A stretch of DNA of 61,752 nt, from NCBI GenBank assembly GCA_947632395.1, contig CANRPA010000004.1, forward strand, positions 1 to 61,752, in the 5' to 3' direction. The notes under the pieces were generated by a model, which was not told the DNA's origin, searched no databases, and saw nothing but the letters and a program-made list of their open reading frames with translations. Position 1 is the stretch's first letter, and the number at the start of each line of letters is the position of its first letter. Shown one piece after another: positions 21,597 to 31,522 of the stretch. Both the position numbers and the translations under genes were made by a program. Source of the stretch: an uncultured Bacilli bacterium. GTDB lineage: Bacteria > Bacillota_I > Bacilli_A > RF39 > UBA660.

Positions 21597-23762
21597 TTAT
21601 ATTTTTCTAGGATTAAAGTCTATATCTACAATAACCTTATTATTTTGTTTAGATTTATCTACTATAAATTTTAAATGTTCATAAACATCTTTAATATTTT
21701 TATATTTCAATATTATTTGCATATAATATTTATTATTTATTTTAGGAATGTTACACATACTTGGACCTAGTACTATTACATTATTTATATTTTTATTTAA
21801 ATAATCTTTTATTTTATTTGATTCACTATTTAATAAATTTAAATCAGTACTTGTTAATTTTATTAAAGTTAAAAGACAATATGGAGGATATTTTAACTTT
21901 TTTCTTATGCTCATCTCTTCATTATAAAAACTTATATAGTCATTTAAACTTGCATATCTTATGCTATAATGATCTTTATTAAAACATTGTATTATAACTT
22001 TTCCATTTGTCTTAGATCTACCACTTCTACCCGATACTTGACTTAAAAGAGAATATGTTCTTTCTCCACTCCTAAAATCTGGTATATTTAAAGTAGCATC
22101 CCCATTTATAATTCCTACAAGTGTTACATCATCAAAATCAAGTCCTTTAGATACCATTTGTGTACCTATCAAAATATTATATTTTTTGTTTTTAAAATCA
22201 TTTATAATTTTTTCATGACTACCTTTTTTTCTAGTGGTATCTATATCCATTCTAATTGTTTTAGCACCTTTAATTAATTTATTAATTTCTTCTTCTAATT
22301 TTTCTGTACCAAGACCAAGATTTGATAATGATTCACTACAACATTTAGGACATTTTAATGGTTTAAACGTTGTATATCCACAATAATGACAATTTAATTT
22401 ATTACCATTTTTATGATATGTAAGTGGTATATCACAGTTTGGACACTTTATTGTCTCACCACATTGCATACATGATATAACAGTTGAATATCCCCTTCTA
22501 TTTAAAAACAATATTACTTGTTCATCATTTTTTAATCTTGTATTTATATCATCTATTAATTCACCCGATAATATTTTATTTCCTTTTTTTATTTCTTCTT
22601 TTGTATCTATTAATTTCACTTTTGGCATACTTTTATTTATTCTAGTTTTTAGTTCAAGTAATTTATATATACCCATTTTGGCTTTTGTATAACTTTCTAT
22701 AAGTGGTGTTGCACTACCAAAAATTATTGGACAATTATGAGTTCTAGCCCTTTTTATTGCAATATCTGCTGTATCATATTTTGGGTTATTTTCTTGCTTA
22801 TACGTATCTGAATGTTCTTCATCCATAACTATAAGTCCAATATTAGTAAATGGCGCAAATATAGCACTTCTAGCACCTATTACTATAGATACTTCTCCTC
22901 TTTCAATTTTTCTCCATTCATCATATTTTTCTCCATCAGAAAGAGCGCTGTGCAGAATAGCAATAGAATTTTTAAATCTACCTCTAAATATATTTACAAC
23001 TTGTGGAGTTAGACTTATTTCAGGAACAAGTACTATTACTTGTTTCTTATTTTTTAATACCTCTTCTATTATGTGCATATATACTTCTGTTTTTCCACTA
23101 CCAGTTACTCCATGAAGCAAGTAAGGTATAAAGGAATTTAAATTTTTAACTACCTCTTTAACTACTTTAGTCTGATCCTCATTTAATATTACTTTTTTAT
23201 CTTCTTTAATATTTACATTATTTAATCTATACGTTTCTTCCTTTTTCTCTTCTATTACATTTAATCTTTTTAAAGTATTTATACTAGATAATGATATTTT
23301 AGTTAATTCTTCTTTTAATACATCTTTTTCTTTTAACTTTTCTATTATTTCTTTTTGATTATCATTTTTTGGTATATAATTTTTATCTATTAATTTTATA
23401 TATGTTATATATTTTTTATTTATTTCAAAGTTTTTATGAGCTTTAAGTGCAGTAGGTAACATTGTTTGATAAGCACTTATTAAATTACAAAGTGTTTTTT
23501 TACTAATATAAACACCTAAATCTAATAACTCTTTATTAAGTACTGGTTCCTCATCAGTTACTTTAATTATTTCTTTAAGTTCGTAATCTATATTCTTATT
23601 ATCATCTATTTTTAATACAAAACCCTCTAATTGCTGCTTACCAAATGGAACTAATACTCTTTCTCCTACCTTAATTTTTTCTCTTAAATTAGTAGGAATT
23701 AAATAAGTAAATGTTTTATCTACCCCTCTAGCTTTAAGTTCTACAAGCACATCTGCATACAT
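21597..23762 (-). CDS. priA: Primosomal protein N'
   Basis: LHGVTGSGKTEVY, DEEH, Cys-rich zinc region, GTQMVSKGLDF. Confidence 0.97.
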   Translation of the reverse strand: MYADVLVELKARGVDKTFTYLIPTNLREKIKVGERVLVPFGKQQLEGFVLKIDDNKNIDYELKEIIKVTDEEPVLNKELLDLGVYISKKTLCNLISAYQTMLPTALKAHKNFEINKKYITYIKLIDKNYIPKNDNQKEIIEKLKEKDVLKEELTKISLSSINTLKRLNVIEEKKEETYRLNNVNIKEDKKVILNEDQTKVVKEVVKNLNSFIPYLLHGVTGSGKTEVYMHIIEEVLKNKKQVIVLVPEISLTPQVVNIFRGRFKNSIAILHSALSDGEKYDEWRKIERGEVSIVIGARSAIFAPFTNIGLIVMDEEHSDTYKQENNPKYDTADIAIKRARTHNCPIIFGSATPLIESYTKAKMGIYKLLELKTRINKSMPKVKLIDTKEEIKKGNKILSGELIDDINTRLKNDEQVILFLNRRGYSTVISCMQCGETIKCPNCDIPLTYHKNGNKLNCHYCGYTTFKPLKCPKCCSESLSNLGLGTEKLEEEINKLIKGAKTIRMDIDTTRKKGSHEKIINDFKNKKYNILIGTQMVSKGLDFDDVTLVGIINGDATLNIPDFRSGERTYSLLSQVSGRSGRSKTNGKVIIQCFNKDHYSIRYASLNDYISFYNEEMSIRKKLKYPPYCLLTLIKLTSTDLNLLNSESNKIKDYLNKNINNVIVLGPSMCNIPKINNKYYMQIILKYKNIKDVYEHLKFIVDKSKQNNKVIVDIDFNPRKI

Positions 23763-23875
23763 ATAACCACCATATTAATTATATCAAAATTAAATAAAAA
23801 AAAGTAGGATTACTTGTAATATATCCAACTTTTGTAATTCTTACAACATATATTTATAATATTTAATATAATCTA

Positions 23876-24859
23876 CTATATGTTTTTAAGTAAATCTAAA
23901 GTCTCGTTAAAAGTAGATACACCTATTATTTTTATTTTATAATTATTTTCGTTCTTTAATTTAATGGCCTCATCATAATTTTCGCCATTTGGAACTATAA
24001 AAATTGGTGCCTTACTATTTTCAGCAGACATTAATTTATATTTAATACCACCTATACTACCAACATTACCATCTTCATCTATTGTACCCGTTACAATTAT
24101 TTTTTTACCCTTAGTTATATCTTCTTTAACAAGTGAATTATAAATAGAAAGTGATAAAGCAAGTCCTCCACTTGATCCTGATTCGTTTTTATCTACTTTA
24201 ATTTTTATTTCAGGATTAGTTTCATATTCTTTCATGTCTACAATAACAATGCCTATTTTTTTCTCGTTATCTTCTAATTTTACATAAGCATATCTATCAT
24301 ATTCTTTATTATTGTTTTTTACTTTTATATTTATTTTATCGTTTTCAGATTTATATTTTATAATATCTAAAAGATCATCTCTTTTTTGTATAGTTTTACC
24401 ATCTATGCTTATTATCTCATCACCTACTTTTAATGATGTATCAGCAAGTTTATCTATATATAATACTGTAGCTTTATTATTCTTTAATTTAATTTCTTTA
24501 TCTGCACTAGTATAAGCCACATATATAGCATTACTAATTGATTCATTCATTAATATTTTATCTCTTATTAAATAGGAATCATCATCTTCTGTATCTAACA
24601 TTACATCATCTACTTTGTATATATTCCAGTTTTTATTTATAAGTGAATATAGTAAAGTTGGAATAGTTGCTTTATACTCTTTTACATATACTAAATTAAA
24701 ACTTCCTTCACTTTCATATCCATCAAGTTCTATCTTATCTCCTATGTTGCTTATACCACCAGGAGCATCAATATAATAAGGTAAGTGAATAGTTAAACAA
24801 ATAAATAGTATTATGAAAAATATTATTTTTTTATAATTTTCCTTAATTATCTTTTTCAT
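23876..24859 (-). CDS. YlbL-like PDZ and Lon-type (S16) protease
   Basis: TM, PDZ, SGSSGGLA and GSIGGIKYKL Ser-Lys dyad motifs. Confidence 0.88.
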   Translation of the reverse strand: MKKIIKENYKKIIFFIILFICLTIHLPYYIDAPGGISNIGDKIELDGYESEGSFNLVYVKEYKATIPTLLYSLINKNWNIYKVDDVMLDTEDDDSYLIRDKILMNESISNAIYVAYTSADKEIKLKNNKATVLYIDKLADTSLKVGDEIISIDGKTIQKRDDLLDIIKYKSENDKINIKVKNNNKEYDRYAYVKLEDNEKKIGIVIVDMKEYETNPEIKIKVDKNESGSSGGLALSLSIYNSLVKEDITKGKKIIVTGTIDEDGNVGSIGGIKYKLMSAENSKAPIFIVPNGENYDEAIKLKNENNYKIKIIGVSTFNETLDLLKNI

Positions 24860-24963
24860 TTACTCACCTACTATAATTTATGATAACATTTATAAATTTA
24901 TTTGTAAAGCAAAAAACTATTAACAAAATTACTTTGTCAATAGTCTTAAATATATCAACATTT

Positions 24964-25330
24964 TTATTTTATCAAATTTTTCTTGCCAGAAGTAAGCACA
25001 CCTTTAATTAAATCATACTGTCTTCCATAATTTACACCCAATTCTTCCAAAGTATTATCTAACATTCTAGTTGCTTCTTCTCTCGTATAATTTTTATTAT
25101 TCTTCCTTGAAAAACATTTTGAAGGATTCATATACAAAATTCTTACCATATCCATAACTCTTTTTCAAGTGCAGTAAGTGTTGCTCTAGACATAATTATA
25201 AGCCATCTACGAGTTACAAAATCCTCATACTCTTTTGAAGTTATATTATTTGCCATATTTATTAAATCTGATTAAAGTTGTTGGTATATTCTATCCCTTT
25301 AGCAGATAATTTAGAGGCTAAATTCATTAT
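24964..25330 (-). pseudogene. Probable decayed gene of unknown function
   Basis: Several short, protein-like open segments in different frames; only a 63-aa 3' piece is called as an ORF. Confidence 0.3.
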
Positions 25331-25383
25331 ATCTTTTTGAATTTTGGTATACTTATATATTCACCTAATTATTACTATTATTT

Positions 25384-25442
25384 TCAAAAACATTCGAGTT
25401 GTACTCACTTTCGTTCGTAGCAACTTATCCGAATGTTTTTGA
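25384..25442 (-). repeat. Nested inverted repeat/hairpin 5 nt past the pilin-like stop codon
   Basis: 13-bp perfect outer stem TCAAAAACATTCG/CGAATGTTTTTGA, inner AGTTG/CAACT, apical TAC-GA-AC-GAAA-GT-GA-GTA. Confidence 0.85.
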
Positions 25443-25447
25443 TTCGA

Positions 25448-26617
25448 TTATCCTATTCGGAAAGCTGGCGCAACCCCACAAGTATTATAAGCACAGCTGA
25501 AATGCCAACTACCGTTACCATTAACAAGGTAGAAAGTGTCAGCGTCATAAGAATAAGCCGAGCGGAGCCATACAACAACTGGGGTGCCTTTATATTCCTT
25601 AATAGCTGTAGAATAATTATTGGTTGTTACACCTTTTTGTGCGTAATAATCTAACTGTCGTGTATCATCCCATGCTGTATCGTAGTTAACGTTTATTGCT
25701 CCTCCACCTTCTACATTTTCCCATACTTCATGTGGTGACAATAAATATAGTTTTTCTTTTTCTAATACATAATTTTGATTATCATTATCATCTTTACCAT
25801 GACCTGATACTACATATGTATCTATTATTACATCCTTTAGTTCTTGTGGTAAAGCATCATATATTGTACTAGTTAAATATGTTCTTAATTCACTACCATT
25901 CCATCCACCTACATTTGTTGTATATGGATACATTTCATGTTCCGTGATAATATCTGCAAATTCTATTACAAATCCACATGCAGTTAGTGAGAAACCAGGA
26001 TTATTACAAACACTTGGTGTAGTTGTGTTTGCTATACGAAGTGTAAATGTTCCAAAATCAGATAAAGTTACAGTCTTAGTATCACCTACTTGATATGGAT
26101 AAGTTCCTGATTGTACAGCTTTTTGTATTGTAGCCCAATCATCAGTTTCAAATGATACCGGATTAACATCTGCAGCTTCTGAATCAGTTTGTACATATTT
26201 TGTAAAATAATGTTTCGCATTTTCTTTTTCTGTACTAGAATAACATGCAACTTGTAATCCATTGTTTATAGTTACTTCACAGTATGCTCCATCATTTGTT
26301 TCTATTTTAAGCATTTCTGGTGCATCATCGTTATCAAATGTAACTTTATTTTCTTTATCTACATTATCTACATTTAAGTATTGTTTTATGTCTTTCAAAC
26401 TTGGATTAGGTACATAAGTTCCTTCAATTCCACCATACATAGCAGATACATATGCATATTGAACTCCTGTATATACTAATTCAGCAGATCTTTGTTTAGC
26501 ATTTGCTCTAGCACTATTAATAATATTTAAAATAACTGGGGTTGCTATTAGAGCAATGATTGCTAAAATTACAATAACTGCTAATAATTCTATTAATGTA
26601 AAACCTTTTCTATTCAT
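25448..26617 (-). CDS. Prepilin-type (type IV pilin N-methylation) protein with a C-terminal DUF6273/CLec-like domain; candidate DGR target
   Basis: MNRKG|FTLIELLAVIVILAIIALIA class III signal; C-terminal WLRSA...FYLVNGNG...GVAPAFRIG. Confidence 0.88.
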   Translation of the reverse strand: MNRKGFTLIELLAVIVILAIIALIATPVILNIINSARANAKQRSAELVYTGVQYAYVSAMYGGIEGTYVPNPSLKDIKQYLNVDNVDKENKVTFDNDDAPEMLKIETNDGAYCEVTINNGLQVACYSSTEKENAKHYFTKYVQTDSEAADVNPVSFETDDWATIQKAVQSGTYPYQVGDTKTVTLSDFGTFTLRIANTTTPSVCNNPGFSLTACGFVIEFADIITEHEMYPYTTNVGGWNGSELRTYLTSTIYDALPQELKDVIIDTYVVSGHGKDDNDNQNYVLEKEKLYLLSPHEVWENVEGGGAINVNYDTAWDDTRQLDYYAQKGVTTNNYSTAIKEYKGTPVVVWLRSAYSYDADTFYLVNGNGSWHFSCAYNTCGVAPAFRIG

Positions 26618-26819
26618 TATATTCCTCCTATACTTATCGTCTACAATATTAATTTATCAAAAAAATAAATCTTTGTCAATATTATTAATTGATATTTTAT
26701 TTTATATACATTATATTTGTAAAATATACTTAATCAATCATACTAGATATATTATTGTTATAAAAAAAACAAATAAGTAAAATATTTACCTATTTGTCGA
26801 TAGTCTGAATCAAGATAAA

Positions 26820-27902
26820 TTATCTTGATTTAACATATTCTTTCAAAGCCTCATCCATTTCTTTTGTCTGAGCTCTCATTACTCCATTAACTAAATTATA
26901 ACCTTCGTAATCTTGTAGTACCCATTGTTCATAATCTGCTTTACTTTCAAAGTATAATCCTGAAACTTGATCTAAATATAAACCATCTGTACTTTCTGGT
27001 TGAATAATTAAATCTGATGAATCTTCAAAAACATCTGATGAAGTTGAATTATCACTACTAGCACTATTACTATCAGTATAAACAGTTTCACCTTCTTCAA
27101 CTACTACTGGATCACTTGGTACTACTTCGGTTTCTTCTTTAACAATTGCGCCAGATTCATTTGCTTTTTTTAAAGCTTCCAAATATGCTTCCCAATCTTC
27201 TTTTAACCAAAGATTTCCTTCATCATCAGTTACATATTTACCTACATCTTCTGTATGAAGATTTTTTCCAGTTGTTTCATCATATGACCATCCACCTGGA
27301 AGATCACTAGAACTATCTAAAGTTCCTGTTTCTTTAACATTATCATTTTCATCTTTTATCTCATAAGATGGTTGTTTTTCAACAACTTTTCCATCTTTTT
27401 CTTCAAGTGTATCATTTTTTGTATCTGTAACAGTTGTACCTATTTCATCTTTTTTCTCTTCATCTTCTTTCGTTGCCCATAAAGTACCGTTTTCATCTTC
27501 TACTACTTTTTCAGATTGTACATTACCAGTTACTTCTCCAATTTCAATTTTTCCTGAATTTGTTTCTTTTTCTGGTAATTCTAATTCTTTTCCTAAATTA
27601 CCTAAAAAATCTGTCTTAAGACTATCACTTTTTTCATTTTCAAATGTAGGTGTTTCTTCTGGTGTAGTAGTACTTGAACTTGAAGCTCCTATACTTGACA
27701 TTTCTGGTTCTGATTTACTAGTTTTAGTGTTTCCACATCCTACGAGTGTTAAAATAATTGCAGACAATCCAGAAGCAACTATTACCTTTAATTTTTTACT
27801 GAAATTAAACTTTTTGTTTGTTTTTATTAAACCAAACTTTCCATATCTTTTTATTTTTTCTTCTACTTTCTTATCTAATTCAGTTTTTTTATAAGTATTC
27901 AT
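26820..27902 (-). CDS. Orphan putative lipoprotein
   Basis: Basic N-region, hydrophobic stretch, LVG|C lipobox, S/T/E-rich linker; TTGACA-17-TATTAT promoter upstream. Confidence 0.75.
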   Translation of the reverse strand: MNTYKKTELDKKVEEKIKRYGKFGLIKTNKKFNFSKKLKVIVASGLSAIILTLVGCGNTKTSKSEPEMSSIGASSSSTTTPEETPTFENEKSDSLKTDFLGNLGKELELPEKETNSGKIEIGEVTGNVQSEKVVEDENGTLWATKEDEEKKDEIGTTVTDTKNDTLEEKDGKVVEKQPSYEIKDENDNVKETGTLDSSSDLPGGWSYDETTGKNLHTEDVGKYVTDDEGNLWLKEDWEAYLEALKKANESGAIVKEETEVVPSDPVVVEEGETVYTDSNSASSDNSTSSDVFEDSSDLIIQPESTDGLYLDQVSGLYFESKADYEQWVLQDYEGYNLVNGVMRAQTKEMDEALKEYVKSR

Positions 27903-28038
27903 ACCATAACCCTCTTTCTTCTAAAAAGCGTATATAATTCGCGCTTTTTCAAATTTATTGATGTATATAATAGCACTTTATTAACCTTTTGTCAAATTAA
28001 AAAAAAATAATAAATAATAAAAGTTTTAATATTATTTA

Positions 28039-28242
28039 TTACATATATTTATTCATTGATTTCATCATTTGATTTACTTGTTTTTGGCTTGGTGTTCTAC
28101 CCATTTGCATCATCATTGCTTTAATCATTTGTTCATTAATTGGTGGATTTTTCTTTAAATACTTTTTCATATACTTTCTTGCTAAAAAAAATCCTAATAC
28201 TGCTCCTACCACTAAACCAATTAACATCCATAATATATCCAT
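28039..28242 (-). CDS. yneF: YneF/UPF0154 family membrane protein
   Basis: TM followed by [26 protein letters not shown]. Confidence 0.93.
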   Translation of the reverse strand: MDILWMLIGLVVGAVLGFFLARKYMKKYLKKNPPINEQMIKAMMMQMGRTPSQKQVNQMMKSMNKYM

Positions 28243-28300
28243 GTTTTTCCTCCTTTTATTTATTATAAAACCCTTATTAATAAGGGCTTAAATACAAAAA

Positions 28301-28377
28301 TGGTCGGGAAAACAGGATTTGAACCTGCAACCCCTTGGTCCCAAACCAAGTGCTCTACCAAGTTGAGCCATTTCCCG
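28301..28377 (-). tRNA. tRNA-Pro(TGG)
   Basis: Anticodon loop TTTGGGA, CCA end. Confidence 0.96.
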
Positions 28378-28384
28378 AAACATA

Positions 28385-28461
28385 TGGTGCGCTCGAAGGG
28401 ATTCGAACCCCTGACCTTTTGGTTCGTAGCCAAACACTCTATCCAGCTGAGCTACGAGCGC
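28385..28461 (-). tRNA. tRNA-Arg(ACG)
   Basis: Anticodon loop CTACGAA, CCA end. Confidence 0.96.
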
Positions 28462-28532
28462 ATATCAACTAGTATTTTTGGTCATCTCATCCCAACACAA
28501 CTAATCTTACCACATATTTTTATTTAAGTCAA

Positions 28533-29432
28533 TCATTTTCTCAAATTTTTACTTACCATTTCTACATCTTTAGTTAATTGTTCTATTCTGGATATTATTC
28601 TTTTAGCTTTTACTTCATCTACTCCATCTTTTGAAGAAGAAAGATGTATTTCTAATTCTTTTAAATTTAAATTTGATGTAAAAAAAGTAGTTAAATTATT
28701 ATCCATTCTATATTGAAGTAATGGACATAGTATTTCATCTCTGTTCCAAGCAGTTAACCCTTCTGCACCTATATCATCTATTAAAAGGAGTGGTACCTTT
28801 TTTACATATTCATACTTACTATTAAAATCATCATAAAATGCCTGTCTTAAAAATTCTGGCCAAAAAATTATACAACTTTTATAATTATTTTTTGCAAGTT
28901 CATTAAATATAGCTGATATTAAATATGTTTTTCCACATCCAAAATTTCCATGCAAATATAGACCCTTACAATCCTTATGTGCCTCATAATCATCTAGAAA
29001 GTCCATTAAATAGTTAATTACTTTAAATCTATTTTTATCTGTTTTATATATTTTATCTAACGATGCTTCTTTTACATAATTAGGTATATTAAAATACTTG
29101 ACATTATCTAAATATTTATTTTTATATATCATATGTTCTTTATATTTACAAGGCTTATAAGTAAATGTTAAACTACCTTCAAAATTAACTGGTATATAAC
29201 AATATCCCTCTACTTTATTTTTACAATCAAGTAAGCACTTACAATTCTTACAGTTTTCATATTCGTTCGCACATTCTAAAATTATACTAGTATTTTGTTT
29301 TAATATATCTTCATCCATTTTAAGTTTACTAGTCATTAACTTAAAATTAGGATTAGATAGTGCTTTTTCATATTCCTTATCTAAATCTACTTTTTTAAAG
29401 TCTCCATTAATTTTATCAAGTATATTTTGCAT
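28533..29432 (-). CDS. dnaI: Helicase loader DnaI
   Basis: Zn-binding Cys cluster, GNFGCGKT, LLLIDDIGAE; follows dnaB. Confidence 0.95.
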   Translation of the reverse strand: MQNILDKINGDFKKVDLDKEYEKALSNPNFKLMTSKLKMDEDILKQNTSIILECANEYENCKNCKCLLDCKNKVEGYCYIPVNFEGSLTFTYKPCKYKEHMIYKNKYLDNVKYFNIPNYVKEASLDKIYKTDKNRFKVINYLMDFLDDYEAHKDCKGLYLHGNFGCGKTYLISAIFNELAKNNYKSCIIFWPEFLRQAFYDDFNSKYEYVKKVPLLLIDDIGAEGLTAWNRDEILCPLLQYRMDNNLTTFFTSNLNLKELEIHLSSSKDGVDEVKAKRIISRIEQLTKDVEMVSKNLRK

Positions 29433-29434
29433 AA

Positions 29435-30712
29435 CTAACTCCTTTTCATACGACTTTCTAGTTTTTTAATTTCTTCATCACTAGCTATTTCTTCATCTAT
29501 TTCCTTATTAATCCATTCTGGATTTATTTTTGTTTTCTTACTTTGTTTCTCAGTAATAGTTTTATTTTTCTTTTTATATTCTTCTTCTGCTATGTTCATA
29601 GCATCCTCTACAGTTTTAATACCACTTTTACTCCACTGAGCAGCAATTGATTCTACGAAAGGTTTAATTAATTTGTTATTATTTATTTTAAGTACATAAT
29701 CTACAAGAACATTAACTACACCAGGTTCTAATTTAAGATCAGTAAGTAAATACGCTATTATATTAAGATCACTACTAGTTGGATTACCTGTTTTATATTT
29801 GCTACAAATAAAATCATGTGGACTTGTTGTTTCAAACATATGAATAATACGTGATCTATTTGATGTATCTAAAGTTTCTTTTCTTAGATATTCTGGTTGA
29901 TTTTTATATATTATACTAGGTAACTTACCCATATTATCATAACTATAATATTTACTAGCATTCTCTTGAAATAATTTTTTATCTATTGTATGTTTTTCAC
30001 TTATTGAATTTCTTATAAGTTCTACCATATCATCATTATCATAATTATAAACATAAGCAATTTTATACAAAAAATCTTTTGTGTCTTTAGTAAGTGATTT
30101 TTTATTTAGAATATCATCACTTACTAAACTAAGTATTGTATCTATATCTATTTTAGATAATATTTCCAATTTTCTATAATTAGATTTTTTTATATCATAA
30201 ATTAAATTATCTGTAAGAGGTATATTTGAAAATGCAAATACATCACTAAATTTACTAGTTATATCCTCATATTCTTTTAAATTTATTTTTGGAATTTTAA
30301 AAAAGTTTATTATTCTTTCATATTCTAATTTACCTACTGAATTTAAGAGTGCAATATTAAGTAATGGATTATTGATAAATTCAGATGCACATATAGGTGA
30401 ATAAAGTTCATATACATAATTGTTTATATTTCCCTTTTTTACATAAGTTTTTAAAAGTCCAATTGCTTCTAATTTTACTTTAGCATCAATAAATTCACGA
30501 TTACTTATCATCATATCCCTTAGTATGTGATGATGTGTCCATTCACTTGAAAGAAGTTCAAATTTATCTAAATATGACAATAACGTGTAGTAAAGACTTA
30601 TAGCTTGGTAACCAATTATTGGCTGATATAATAATATGAGTAAATTTCTATCTTTATCACTATAAATTGTTTTATTTGTAACTATAAAAGTATCTGCTGG
30701 AAGTACACTCAT
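29435..30712 (-). CDS. dnaB: Replication initiation/membrane attachment protein DnaB (Bacillus type)
   Basis: LLYQPIIG, DnaB_2 domain (GVVNVLVDYVL...IAAQW), dnaB-dnaI synteny. Confidence 0.93.
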   Translation of the reverse strand: MSVLPADTFIVTNKTIYSDKDRNLLILLYQPIIGYQAISLYYTLLSYLDKFELLSSEWTHHHILRDMMISNREFIDAKVKLEAIGLLKTYVKKGNINNYVYELYSPICASEFINNPLLNIALLNSVGKLEYERIINFFKIPKINLKEYEDITSKFSDVFAFSNIPLTDNLIYDIKKSNYRKLEILSKIDIDTILSLVSDDILNKKSLTKDTKDFLYKIAYVYNYDNDDMVELIRNSISEKHTIDKKLFQENASKYYSYDNMGKLPSIIYKNQPEYLRKETLDTSNRSRIIHMFETTSPHDFICSKYKTGNPTSSDLNIIAYLLTDLKLEPGVVNVLVDYVLKINNNKLIKPFVESIAAQWSKSGIKTVEDAMNIAEEEYKKKNKTITEKQSKKTKINPEWINKEIDEEIASDEEIKKLESRMKRS

Positions 30713-30835
30713 AATAAACTCCTTTCAATTTAAATCTATATATATTTTAGCATATTTAATTTTAAATTAAAAGATAACTTTATATTTATAAAACTTAAAA
30801 ATTACTTTAAAACAAAAAAGAGTCAAGTTTTAAAC

Positions 30836-31033
30836 TTAATTCTTTTTATAATTTTCAACATTATTATAGTATTGTTTTCCAAGTTCTACTAATTTTTTAG
30901 TCATATAACCACCAACAGTACCATTTAATCTACTTGATGTATCTGCACCTAAGTTAATACCAAGTTCATTTGCTATTTCATATTTTAAATTATTTATAGC
31001 ATCTTTAGATCCTTTTACAACTAACTTATTCAA
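30836..31033 (-). CDS. Alpha/beta-type small acid-soluble spore protein, divergent paralog
   Basis: LKYEIANELGI...SRLNGTVGGYMTKKLV; TTG start after a GAGGTG RBS. Confidence 0.85.
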   Translation of the reverse strand: MNKLVVKGSKDAINNLKYEIANELGINLGADTSSRLNGTVGGYMTKKLVELGKQYYNNVENYKKN

Positions 31034-31242
31034 AACTATCACCTCATTATTATTGTTTCCTAATGTTAAAAAATAATAATGGTACTTTTTTACTTTTATT
31101 TAATTGTTTAATTAGAAATTTCTGTTATATATAAATTTATATTTAAAGTTAAAAATAATAAAGGGAAATATATTTTCTCTAAATACGCTATCAAATTTCT
31201 TTTTTAAACAAAAAGATAGCATAAAAGTTTGCTATCAATTTC

Positions 31243-31446
31243 TTATTTAGAATAAGTGTTTCCACCTAAATGTTGTTCACCCATTTGAACTAATCTTTTA
31301 GTGATTTCTCCACCTACTGAACCATTAGCTCTTGAAGTAGCATCTGGACCCATAGTAACACCAAGTTCGCTAGCTATTTCATATTTCATTTTATCGATTG
31401 CTTGTTTAGCTCCTGGTACAACGAATTTACTAGTTGAATTATTCAT
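31243..31446 (-). CDS. Alpha/beta-type small acid-soluble spore protein
   Basis: [11 protein letters not shown]...[16 protein letters not shown]; thiI-ssp synteny as in B. subtilis. Confidence 0.96.
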   Translation of the reverse strand: MNNSTSKFVVPGAKQAIDKMKYEIASELGVTMGPDATSRANGSVGGEITKRLVQMGEQHLGGNTYSK

Positions 31447-31522
31447 AATTTCACCTCCTGTACATTCTTAATTTGTGTACAAAGTGAAATTTTATACAAT
31501 TTTTATTTAGTAATTTTTACCA

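Noticed and set aside
24860-28040. Search for a DGR reverse transcriptase, Avd or template repeat near the pilin-like gene
   Set aside because: I saw no YxDD-type RT ORF and no second copy of the variable region by eye, so a complete DGR is not claimed in this window.
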